DNA from: Verrucomicrobiia bacterium
GTDB lineage: Bacteria; Patescibacteriota; Saccharimonadia; Saccharimonadales; JAGQNK01
Length of the DNA stretch: 64,000 nt
Assembly (NCBI GenBank): GCA_035489575.1
Contig: DATHJY010000002.1
Span: 15,080 to 79,079 of the forward strand
Direction of reading: 5' to 3'
A program made the translations under genes and the position numbers. Shown here piece by piece: positions 53,059-61,659 of the stretch (the stretch's first letter is position 1; every line of letters starts with the position of its first letter). Below the pieces are notes generated by a model that was not told where the DNA came from, did not search any database, and saw only the letters and a program-made list of their open reading frames with translations.

Positions 53059-53927
53059 TCATGTGTCATGCCACTAGTGGCTACATGTCCACGTGCAATG
53101 CGACCAACAGTCCGCAGGTGTTGCGGCTGGATGTCGATAGTGACTCCGACTATCCTCGAGCCTGGGTATATGAGAATGACCTGACGGAGTATGTGGCACT
53201 GGGCGATTCGTTCTCGGCCGGTGAGGGCGTGCCTGACTTTTCGGTGCCCAGTGATACAAACGGCTGTCATCGGAGTCTGCATGCTTATCCCATCCAGCTG
53301 TCCGAGATAGTTGGGTCGTTGCGTTTGGCTGCCTTCCGGGCGTGCTCGGGCGCGACCACCGAGGACATCCAGGTAGGCATGAATGGTGAGCCGGGCCAGC
53401 TGGACGCGCTGAGTACCAACACTGACATCGTGACCATGTCGGCTGGCGGCAACGATGTGAAGTTCAGGGAATTTGCGACAGAATGTGTTGTGGGCACCTG
53501 TGACTCCGCGAGTTCGCAGTACCAGGACACCATGGATCTGATTGACACGCTACTGCCAGGTAATCTGGAAGACCTGTATGACGACATTCGTTTGGCTGCA
53601 CCAAATGCTGATGTCTACGTGGTGGGGTATCCAGACGAGTCGCCTGATACCTCGGTGGACTGCACCTTCCTGAGCAATGGCGAAAAGGTGGCTGTCAGCA
53701 CGGTTGCCGTGGAGCTGAAGAACACCATCCTGGCAGCGGTTGAGGGTGCAGATGAGGGCTTCTACTACGTGGATCCTCTGGATGCTGAGTCACCGTTCTG
53801 GGGGCACGAACTGTGCACGGAAGACCCGTACTTCAATCACGCTTCTATTCCTCTCGTCTACTCGTTCCATCCCAATATCTACGGCCAAGAGGCCTATGCC
53901 GTGTTGGTTGAGGCGAGCTTGAGCTAA
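53016..53927 (+). CDS. SGNH/GDSL hydrolase
   Basis: YVALGDSFSAGEGV is block I (GDS). GGND-type MSAGGNDV is block III. The true start is uncertain (53061 or 53085 are possible). No signal peptide is present. Confidence 0.75.
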   Translation: MDPAAAVNRRWLYLIMCHATSGYMSTCNATNSPQVLRLDVDSDSDYPRAWVYENDLTEYVALGDSFSAGEGVPDFSVPSDTNGCHRSLHAYPIQLSEIVGSLRLAAFRACSGATTEDIQVGMNGEPGQLDALSTNTDIVTMSAGGNDVKFREFATECVVGTCDSASSQYQDTMDLIDTLLPGNLEDLYDDIRLAAPNADVYVVGYPDESPDTSVDCTFLSNGEKVAVSTVAVELKNTILAAVEGADEGFYYVDPLDAESPFWGHELCTEDPYFNHASIPLVYSFHPNIYGQEAYAVLVEASLS

Positions 53928-53944
53928 GTAAGAACACCGAAGGG

Positions 53945-53988
53945 AAAGCCCCTCATTCATCTTTGATGAAACGAGGGGCTTTTCACTT
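53945..53988 (+). terminator. Intrinsic terminator after the SGNH hydrolase gene
   Basis: AAAGCCCCTC...GAGGGGCTTT stem followed by TCACTTT. Confidence 0.5.
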
Positions 53989-54001
53989 TGTGCTGTACTT
54001 G

Positions 54002-54032
54002 AAAAAAAGACACCCAAGCGGGTGTCTTTTTT
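54002..54032. terminator. Bidirectional intrinsic terminator (serves pilA on the - strand)
   Basis: AAAAAAGACACCC-AAGC-GGGTGTCTTTTTT. Confidence 0.6.
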
Positions 54033-54048
54033 AAGCGTGAACTGTATG

Positions 54049-54498
54049 TTAGTTCAGGCTGGACTTGGTGAACGTGGTGCCACCTTCGAGGTTGGCGGTC
54101 AGCGTGTACTTGGTACAGTTGGCATCAACTGTGGTACAAGTTCCGTCGGTTGTTGACAGCGGAGCATACCCATAGGCAGTACTCGATGCTGCTGTGGCTA
54201 GGGTTTGTGCGGAGCCCTTCGGATCTTTCAGGGCTTCTGGGTCTAGGCCCTTCATGTTGGTGCTGCGCCAGCCAGCGTTGTTGACGTCTGACATGGCTGG
54301 ATACGAGCCATTCTGTGCGTAGTAGGCCTCTAGTTGGCCATGGATTGCTTTAATATCTGTTTCGCGTTCGGTGTTTCGAGCTCGCTGTTGGATACCTGTA
54401 AATGTAGTTACCACCAATGCAGCCAAGATACCGATGACTACAATGACGATCAAAAGTTCCACAATGGTGAAACCTTCATTTTTGCGCTGTAGAGTCAT
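54049..54498 (-). CDS. pilA: Major type IV pilin
   Basis: MTLQRKNEG-FTIVELLIVIVVIGILAALVV, then a conserved alpha1 helix. C-terminal Cys pair (CTTVDANC). Confidence 0.85.
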   Translation of the reverse strand: MTLQRKNEGFTIVELLIVIVVIGILAALVVTTFTGIQQRARNTERETDIKAIHGQLEAYYAQNGSYPAMSDVNNAGWRSTNMKGLDPEALKDPKGSAQTLATAASSTAYGYAPLSTTDGTCTTVDANCTKYTLTANLEGGTTFTKSSLN

Positions 54499-54565
54499 AG
54501 GGGACCCACCCTCCTTGTAAATGTTTTTATTATGATCTTAGCCTTTTTGGGGTAAGTATCTGAAA

Positions 54566-54595
54566 GTGATTATAGCATAACCATAAAGAATGCAA
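54566..54595 (-). promoter_or_regulatory. Candidate sigma70-type promoter for pilA
   Basis: On the - strand: TTGCAT, a 15-nt spacer, then TGcTATAAT (extended -10), about 70 nt upstream of the start codon. Confidence 0.35.
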
Positions 54596-54605
54596 CTCTT
54601 TATTA

Positions 54606-55820
54606 CTAGTTGTCACCGACGTTTTTACTCAGGGAGGCAATAGGGCCCATGACGCTGGCGGCGATCAGGCCTACCATGCCACCAAGTACAACAATCATCA
54701 ACGGCTCTATGAGCGAACTCAGGCCATCTATGGTGGTCTCTACCTCTTCTTCGTAAAAGTCAGCTACCTTGATCAGGATAGTGTCGATCTGCCCCGTCTC
54801 TTCGCCAATGGCCAGCATTTGGCTGACAATGGGTGGGAAGTGTTTGCTCTGGCTCAGGGGTTCGCTCAGCTGTTTGCCGTTTTTGACGGCTTTGGCGGCC
54901 TCTTGTAGTTCGCGTTCTATGACCTTGTTGCCAATAGCACCGCCAGTGACTTCCAGAGCATCCAGCACGGCCACGCCGGCTGACATTAGCGAGGCAAAAG
55001 TGCGAGCAAAGCGGGCAATGGCAATCTTGATAACCACTGTCTTGATAATGGGCAGGCGTAGCAGCAGGGCGTGGAACTGGTACTTACCCTTTGGTGTGCG
55101 GATGTATCGCCTGAGCAGGTACACTCCAATAATCGAGACAGCCAGAAGAGGTATGGCATTTTTCTGCAAGAAGGTGCTGAAGTTCAGCATCATTTCGGTG
55201 TACACCGGCAGTTTGGCGTCCTCGCCACCAAGGTCTTTGATGATCTTGCCCAGCTTGGGAATAACAAAGATCATGATCCCAAAAAAGGCCAGGATAGTAA
55301 TACCAAAAATAACAACAGGGTAGGCCATGGCGCTCTTGATCTTCTTGCGCATGCTCGAGTCTTGTTCTACTTGCGAGGCCAAACGCTTTAGGATTTCGTC
55401 CAGGATACCGCCAGCCTCACCGGCCTTGACCATGTTGACGTATACGTCAGAGAAGACATTGGGATATTTGTCAAAGGCGTCGCCCATGGCCAGGCCGCCT
55501 TCTATGTCTTTCATCATGGTGCCAATAACTTCTTTGAAGTATTTGTTGTCTGTCTGCATTTGCAGGGTGTACATGGCACGAGTCAGGGGTACACCGGCCG
55601 AGATCATGGTAGATAGCTGGCGTGTAAAGATGACCAGGTCTTTGCTTTTGACCTTTTTGCCACGATGCTTTTTGCTGCCGTGTACGCCTTCGGCCTTGAT
55701 AGCAACAGGTTTAGCGCCTTGCTTGGTCAACGAGCTCACCACGCCTTGGCGGTCGACCGCGTCAAGTGTTCCGTGGACGGTCTTGCCGTCTTTGGTTACC
55801 GCAGTATAAGTAAATTTCAT
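54606..55820 (-). CDS. pilC: Type IV pilus platform protein PilC (T2SS F family)
   Basis: Two T2SSF repeats (FTRQLSTMISAGVPL... and FARTFASLMSAGVAV...) and three TM segments. Confidence 0.9.
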   Translation of the reverse strand: MKFTYTAVTKDGKTVHGTLDAVDRQGVVSSLTKQGAKPVAIKAEGVHGSKKHRGKKVKSKDLVIFTRQLSTMISAGVPLTRAMYTLQMQTDNKYFKEVIGTMMKDIEGGLAMGDAFDKYPNVFSDVYVNMVKAGEAGGILDEILKRLASQVEQDSSMRKKIKSAMAYPVVIFGITILAFFGIMIFVIPKLGKIIKDLGGEDAKLPVYTEMMLNFSTFLQKNAIPLLAVSIIGVYLLRRYIRTPKGKYQFHALLLRLPIIKTVVIKIAIARFARTFASLMSAGVAVLDALEVTGGAIGNKVIERELQEAAKAVKNGKQLSEPLSQSKHFPPIVSQMLAIGEETGQIDTILIKVADFYEEEVETTIDGLSSLIEPLMIVVLGGMVGLIAASVMGPIASLSKNVGDN

Positions 55821-55823
55821 AGC

Positions 55824-57638
55824 TTATTTCTCGGCGGTGACCCGCAGAATTTCCTCGATGGTGGTTTGGCCGCGGAGGGCTTTTATGAAGCCGTCTATTT
55901 GCATGGTGATCATGCCTTCTTTGACGGCTTGGTCTTGAATAATCTCGCTGGTACCGTTGCTGACGATCAGTTTCTGAATGTCCGGAGAGTTGCCGAGTAC
56001 TTCGTAGATTCCCATGCGGCCCTTGTAGCCCGCGTGGTTACAGGCGTCACAGCCACTGTCATGGGCCCGGTAGATTTTGTTTATCTTGGTCTCTGTAGTA
56101 GACAGGTCGCCGACATGCACCTTGCTCTTGCCGGTATTGGTCTTGCCAATGCCTGCTGCCAGGGCGGATTCTTCTAGCTGGTGGATGTGCTTCATGGTAG
56201 CAGCGTTGCCGGTGCCAAATATCTCGTCTATTTTCTTCATGCTGGGGGCGTCTGGCGTGACTTCTTCGCGACAGTCCGCGCACACACGCCGGACCAGGCG
56301 CTGGCCCACTACGGCACGTACGGTGCTGGCAATCAGGAAGGGCTCGATACTCATGTCTAGCAGGCGTGGCAAACAGGTGGCAGCATTGTTGGTGTGTAAG
56401 GTGGCAAATACTAAGTGTCCGGTCAGGGCGGCTTGCACGCCCAGGCCAGCGGTTTCGGTATCGCGGATCTCGCCCACCATGATGATGTTGGGGTCTTGGC
56501 GCAGCATGGCTCGCAACCCGTTGGCAAAGGTCATGCCGGCCTTGGGGTTCACCTGGGTTTGGTTGGCACCCTGGATTTTGTATTCTACCGGGTCTTCGAT
56601 GGTGCTGATGTTAATAGACGGCTTGTTCAGGATGCTCAGCGCGCTAAACAAGCTGGTAGATTTGCCAGATCCAGTCGGGCCCGTCACCAGGACCATGCCA
56701 TGCGGTTGGGTAATTGCCTTGCTGATATTGTCCAGCGAGATACCCCAGTAGCCAAGATCTTCCAGCGACGTGGCACCAGTGGATTCATCTAGGATACGCA
56801 TGACTACTTTTTCGCCCTCGTAAATAGGCAGGGTAGACACACGCAGCGCATAGACAGCGCTGCCGATCTGTATCTTGAAGCGGCCGTCTTGCGGGGCGCG
56901 CCGTTCGTCAATCTTTAGGTTACTCAGGATCTTGATGCGAGAGACAAGCGCGGTATGCACTTTCTTGGGCAGTTTATTGGCTTCGCGTAGGACGCCGTCT
57001 ACGCGGTAGCGCACGCTGGTATAGTTCTCTCGCGGTTCTATGTGGATGTCGCTGGCACCGCTGCGGATAGCGTATTCGATCAGCAGGTTTACGGTCTGGG
57101 CTATGGGCGAATCTTCGGCCAGGTCTTCTTCGCTGATTTCGTCTTCGCCCTCGGTGGTTTCTTCGTCGCCGGCAGTTACTACTTGGGTCAGTTCGTTGCT
57201 GATGTTGCCGCGGTACTGGTCTAGGGCGCTCTGAATATTGGTGGTAGTAGCTACATGAATCTTGATGGCGTTGCCCAGTTGCTTCTGCAAAAAGTTAACG
57301 GCCTGGATATCGTCTGGGTCTTCCATGGCCAACAGCTTGGTGCCGTCTTCTTCTACGCCAAACAGCACCACGTTGTATTGCTTGGCAATGCGCTCTGGTA
57401 TGAGATGCAGGACCTCGCGCTTGATCTCTTTGGCATTCAGTTCTACAAATGGGACGTCAATTTCTTCGGCATACAGTTTGGTCAGGTCTTTTTCTGAAAC
57501 GATGTTGCCCTGAACAATCAGATCTTGCAGCGGTTTTTTCTCGGCCTTCTCCTGGGCGTGGAGGTTGGTCAGCTGTTCGTCCGTAACTTTTTTTGCTGCT
57601 ACTAGCAGCTTTTCCACCAGAGCATCTGATATACGCAT
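55824..57638 (-). CDS. pilB: Type IV pilus extension ATPase PilB (GspE family)
   Basis: VLVTGPTGSGKSTSL (Walker A), an Asp box and a His box, and a tetracysteine motif CADC...CDAC. Confidence 0.92.
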   Translation of the reverse strand: MRISDALVEKLLVAAKKVTDEQLTNLHAQEKAEKKPLQDLIVQGNIVSEKDLTKLYAEEIDVPFVELNAKEIKREVLHLIPERIAKQYNVVLFGVEEDGTKLLAMEDPDDIQAVNFLQKQLGNAIKIHVATTTNIQSALDQYRGNISNELTQVVTAGDEETTEGEDEISEEDLAEDSPIAQTVNLLIEYAIRSGASDIHIEPRENYTSVRYRVDGVLREANKLPKKVHTALVSRIKILSNLKIDERRAPQDGRFKIQIGSAVYALRVSTLPIYEGEKVVMRILDESTGATSLEDLGYWGISLDNISKAITQPHGMVLVTGPTGSGKSTSLFSALSILNKPSINISTIEDPVEYKIQGANQTQVNPKAGMTFANGLRAMLRQDPNIIMVGEIRDTETAGLGVQAALTGHLVFATLHTNNAATCLPRLLDMSIEPFLIASTVRAVVGQRLVRRVCADCREEVTPDAPSMKKIDEIFGTGNAATMKHIHQLEESALAAGIGKTNTGKSKVHVGDLSTTETKINKIYRAHDSGCDACNHAGYKGRMGIYEVLGNSPDIQKLIVSNGTSEIIQDQAVKEGMITMQIDGFIKALRGQTTIEEILRVTAEK

Positions 57639-57704
57639 AATTCTTATGGCTAATTATAGCCTCTTTTATCGCGAGATTCTATAAAGAGTATTAAACAGCT
57701 TGGA

Positions 57705-59354
57705 CTAGTGGTTGTGTATGTGTTGGTGCTCGGTATCTTTTAGGTTGGTCTGGATAAAGACATCTTGGTCCTTGGTGTTTTTGTCTACCAGTACAAACTG
57801 GCCCATCATGCCTTTGTCTTCGTGTTCCAGGATGTGGCAGTGGAACATGTAGGGCAGGTGGGGGTCAGACCTGTTGGGGAAGCGGACTATCACACGCACG
57901 GTGTCTGCGCTATTGACCAGCACCGTATCTTTCCAGCCACGCTCGTGTTCGGCCGGAGGTTTGTCGTTTCGGCTGAGTATCTGGAACTGTACGGCGTGGA
58001 TATGGAACGGGTGAGCAGTGCCGGACTGGTCGTTGATTTCCCATATCTCGGTGTCGCCGGCATGGATAATCTCGTCTATGCGAGTATGGTCCATCTGTTT
58101 GCCGTTGATGCTGTGCCCTTCTGAGTCCAGTACAAACCGCCGGGTTTTGATAGCACTGTCGGGTTTGAGCGGTTCTATGGTGTTGAGATTTTGGGGCAAG
58201 GCAGCAGATGTAGTGTCTGTGGCTTGTGGTCGGATTTCTAGAATTTTGAACTCTTGGTTCTCGTCCCGATGAGCCCTGGCGACAGCCTTGACGGTTCGCA
58301 GCAAGGGGTTCTTCTCTTTCAGGGCGTAGCTCATGAGTGTCAGGGGCTTGGTGCGGCCAGCCAGGTCCACTACAATCTCGGCGCGTTCGCCGGGGGCCAG
58401 GGTGAGCCGAGTCAGGGCCACGGGCCGCTCCAAAAATCCGCCGTCGGTGGCAATTTGGTGAAAAGCTTGGTTGTCGTCAAACCCAAAGTCGTACCGCCGG
58501 GCGTTAGAGGCGTTCAGGATTCGCAGCCGGACCAGTCTGGCCGGCGCTTCCACGTACGGTGCGTAGGTGCCGTTCACCAAAATGGTGTTGCCATGCATGC
58601 CGGTGTGCCCCATGACGTCTTTCTTTTCTGCGTCGTAGGTAAGCTGGCCGTTTGTGTCAAAGGCCTTGTCTTGTACGACCACCGGGATATCATCTGTGCC
58701 ATATGTTTTGGGCAGATTCAGGCTGTCGGCATGGTCGTCGTCAACGATAAATAAACCGGCTAGGCCTTTGTACATCTGTTCGCCGGTCTTGCCCAGCAAA
58801 TGCGGATGATACCACAGAGTCGACGCCTGATTGGCTATGGCCCAATAGGGCTTCCAAACTTCCTTGGGCTCTATCATCTGGTGTGGGCCACCGTCCATGT
58901 TGGCTCCCACGTCCATGCCGTGCCAGTGTACGGTTGTTTTCTGGTCCAGGTTGTTAGTGACGTTCAGGCGAATCTTGTCACCTTTTCGGGCCCGGATGGT
59001 AGGGCCCAGGTAGTTCCCGTTAAAGCCGAGTGTCTTCGTCTGCTTGCCAGGCAAGAACTCGGTGCTGCCTTGCTGAGCTGTAAGGTCAAAAACTTTCTCG
59101 CCCTGCTCTACTCGCGGTTCGAGTACTTGGGGAATGTGCAATTTATTTTGAAGACCCAGGTCTTTATTGACCAGGACCGGCTTCTGCAGGATGCCAAAGG
59201 CAACTGCAGACAGCAGGGCTACTACCACGGCCAGGACGGGCAAGGCCAGAATAATAAAAACAATCTTCTTGGTGGAATGCTTGCGCGTGGGCTGCTTGGG
59301 GGAGTGATGAGGTGTGGCTGTATGTTTTTTGGGCTTTGATGACTTGGCCGACAT
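57705..59354 (-). CDS. Membrane-anchored three-domain multicopper oxidase
   Basis: TVHWHGM, WYHPH, HPFHIHAVQF and MFHCHILEHEDKGMM copper-ligand motifs. Start chosen at MSAKSSKPKK, ahead of a TM helix. Confidence 0.85.
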   Translation of the reverse strand: MSAKSSKPKKHTATPHHSPKQPTRKHSTKKIVFIILALPVLAVVVALLSAVAFGILQKPVLVNKDLGLQNKLHIPQVLEPRVEQGEKVFDLTAQQGSTEFLPGKQTKTLGFNGNYLGPTIRARKGDKIRLNVTNNLDQKTTVHWHGMDVGANMDGGPHQMIEPKEVWKPYWAIANQASTLWYHPHLLGKTGEQMYKGLAGLFIVDDDHADSLNLPKTYGTDDIPVVVQDKAFDTNGQLTYDAEKKDVMGHTGMHGNTILVNGTYAPYVEAPARLVRLRILNASNARRYDFGFDDNQAFHQIATDGGFLERPVALTRLTLAPGERAEIVVDLAGRTKPLTLMSYALKEKNPLLRTVKAVARAHRDENQEFKILEIRPQATDTTSAALPQNLNTIEPLKPDSAIKTRRFVLDSEGHSINGKQMDHTRIDEIIHAGDTEIWEINDQSGTAHPFHIHAVQFQILSRNDKPPAEHERGWKDTVLVNSADTVRVIVRFPNRSDPHLPYMFHCHILEHEDKGMMGQFVLVDKNTKDQDVFIQTNLKDTEHQHIHNH

Positions 59355-59483
59355 GGCCTCAGTATACCGGCTATGCCTGCGGTGAATAAAGTAAGAGTTG
59401 TACGGTAGGCGCGGGTAAAGAGAGGTGACCTGGCGGCCGAGTGAGCAACAGGTGTTGCAGGTGCTCACTCGGCCGCGACAGGT

Positions 59484-60062
59484 TCAGAAGCAGACGTCGC
59501 TGGCGATGTCTTCGATGGACCGAATGTTGCTCTGGAAGGACTCCTCGTCGATCTGGTAGCGGTCCAGGGTGACCTCGCAGATGCGGTTGTCGCGTAGCAG
59601 CAGAGCCACGCGGTGGGTGACCAGCGGGGCACTCGTGCCGTAGCGAGAGACGTTGGTGGTGATGATATAGTCGCTGGCTGGGCTCTCCCAGAAGGTGTCG
59701 CCCTCGGCATTTCGCGGGTCCAGGCCGCCGTCGCTGCACGAGGTCTTGCACTTGCGGGCATCGGCCACCAAGTTGTCCCAGTCATCCCAGGTGGACTGCT
59801 GGTTCTTCGGCAGGCTGACGTGGGTACTGAGGCTGAAGACGGGGAGGACGCTGTAGTCGCACTTGCTGCTGTAGGTACGCGTCGATCCGGTGTGGTCACG
59901 CTGGACGGCTTCGACGCCTAGGTAGTCGGCGACAGTGTCCGTAGACAGGCAGGTGTCCTCTGTTTGGCTGAGGGCTGCATTGGTCATCAGGGCGATGCCC
60001 AGGATTGCGACCACGACTATAGCGACGGCCGTTCTAGTTTCGGTCATGAAAGACATAAGCAT
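59484..60062 (-). CDS. Secreted/anchored Cys-containing hypothetical protein with GC3-rich codons
   Basis: N-terminal hydrophobic helix AVAIVVVAILGIALM. Multiple overlapping shadow ORFs. The C-terminal codons I read nearly all end in C or G. Confidence 0.55.
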   Translation of the reverse strand: MLMSFMTETRTAVAIVVVAILGIALMTNAALSQTEDTCLSTDTVADYLGVEAVQRDHTGSTRTYSSKCDYSVLPVFSLSTHVSLPKNQQSTWDDWDNLVADARKCKTSCSDGGLDPRNAEGDTFWESPASDYIITTNVSRYGTSAPLVTHRVALLLRDNRICEVTLDRYQIDEESFQSNIRSIEDIASDVCF

Positions 60063-60292
60063 TCACTCTCTTGCTAAGGTGCTGGCGCAGGGGAGGGCGA
60101 ATATGTCGCTCTCGGCCAAAGCACCTACCGTACTAAAGTATATTTTAACATAAAATACCAAAAACGTAAATAATCCCAGGACAGATTACTCTAATTTTGT
60201 GAGAATATTCACATTACAACACGCTCGTGTGTATGTACTGTAGTGCTACGAACTTTGTTCGTACCTTAGTAGTCGAAATAACAGAACGCGAT

Positions 60293-60830
60293 CTTAAGAT
60301 TTGCGGAGAGATACCTGACGGTGTCCTTGTTCTAGGCGGGACCTCGCACTGCACCGGCGTGGTCAAGTCTGGAATGCCAGTTACTGGTTAGAGGGCTGAC
60401 CCACCAGAGGGATAACATATCTCACCGCAGAGTGGTGAAAGGGAGGAGGCCTATGGCCCGTGCACCAGCTTGGGCTTCCTCCCTACACTGCATCTTTGCT
60501 CCTGTACCTGCTCGAGGCGACGCCTCTAGAGCGACAGGCTTGAACGTAAAAATACATAGTCTTAAAGATCTGCGGAGAGGAGTGTCTCTGATGGTTGGTT
60601 GCCCCGAGGGCGATGCGATCGTTTGGTCGTGCCAATGCCCCTACAATCAGGGCGATCGGCGACGGGCTTCATGAACACAGCAACCTTTCCGTAGAACGGC
60701 GAAGAGGAGGGAGTCAGCTCGGGCTTCGCAGAGCCACTGGCTCCCCTCCTCTCGCCATCTACCTCTCTGTTCTTTCGACTACTCTCTTTATAACCAGCGT
60801 TTTCGTTCTTAAGGGTCTTGGTCGGGCTGT
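60293..60830. repeat. Two tandem non-coding units (period about 268 nt), each with a long GC-rich terminal stem
   Basis: CTTAAGATTTGCGGAGAG at 60293 matches CTTAAAGATCTGCGGAGAG at 60561. Each unit ends in a GGGAGGAGG.../...CCTCC-type stem enclosing AGCT(T/C)GGGCTTC (60441-60483 and 60698-60766). Confidence 0.45.
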
Positions 60831-60834
60831 CGAA

Positions 60835-61479
60835 TTAGAAGAACTGTGCCTTGTTCCCGCAATTAATGCAGTAACCTGGGTGGTTCATGGGCTTGCTCTG
60901 GTGCGAGCGGCAGGAGCCTTTTATGCAGTAGTAGACCGAGCTAGAACTATCCCAGTTATTGAGCGTGCTGGCAGGTACAAAATTGTCCAGATATTTTTTG
61001 GCGTTGGCCTTGCATACGGCATCTTGGCCTGGCTCGCACATGCGCATGCTGACTTGATAGGTGTGCTGAACCCCAATGGCGTCAGGTGGCCAGTTGTCAT
61101 AGTCATAAACGCTGCCAGGATACGGCGCATCTGGCCAGTCCTCGTCATACTGCCCCTGCAGGAATTCTTTGACCTCTCCGGGCACATCACGGCTGACATC
61201 TGGTGGGTAGTCGTTGTATTTGGCGGCGTACAGCGTCATGCCGTGGCCGATGGTGTTCATCTCTGACACCATGCGAGTGTAGTAGGTGCGCTCGCGCCAG
61301 CGGGGTACCCCAATGCTATAGGTCAGGATGGCGAGGGTGCTCATGATCACAATCACGACGCAAATCTCTACAAGAGTAAAACCATCGTGTTGTAGTTTCG
61401 GTGAAGTCACTTCAGTTCTCCCTTCCAGGCTGAAATTGCTCCAGCTCTGAGACAAAATTTGTTTGGGGTGAGGAGGCAT
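60835..61479 (-). CDS. Type IV pilin-like protein with a long leader and a C-terminal 4-Cys cluster
   Basis: ...KLQHDG-FTLVEICVVIVIMSTLAIL class III signal. The C-terminus reads YYCIKGSCRSHQSKPMNHPGYCINCGN. Confidence 0.7.
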   Translation of the reverse strand: MPPHPKQILSQSWSNFSLEGRTEVTSPKLQHDGFTLVEICVVIVIMSTLAILTYSIGVPRWRERTYYTRMVSEMNTIGHGMTLYAAKYNDYPPDVSRDVPGEVKEFLQGQYDEDWPDAPYPGSVYDYDNWPPDAIGVQHTYQVSMRMCEPGQDAVCKANAKKYLDNFVPASTLNNWDSSSSVYYCIKGSCRSHQSKPMNHPGYCINCGNKAQFF

Positions 61480-61659
61480 ACCCGTAGGTACGTTGACGAG
61501 CCACAGGCAGATTTTGGCCAGAGCTGGGTGATTTCGGGCCGGATGGTGAGGATTGAGGTGATTTCAACATCATTGGGGTCATTTTAACAGAAAGCTCTAG
61601 CGTTTTTGCTATACTAACTTCAGTAAATTAGTTTGGTGGGAGAGGGTATACACGCACAT

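Noticed and set aside
55071-59339. Numerous + strand ORFs opposite pilC, pilB and the multicopper oxidase gene
   Set aside because: They are antisense to genes with unambiguous family motifs. No independent signals support them.
60293-60830. Assignment of the tandem units to a known riboswitch class (glycine, TPP, cobalamin)
   Set aside because: Isolated fragments resemble conserved pieces: GGAGAG and CACCG for glycine, CTGGAATGCCAG for TPP, and GCCACTG and GGTGAAA for cobalamin. Their order and spacing do not fit any of these consensus architectures by eye, so the class is left unassigned.
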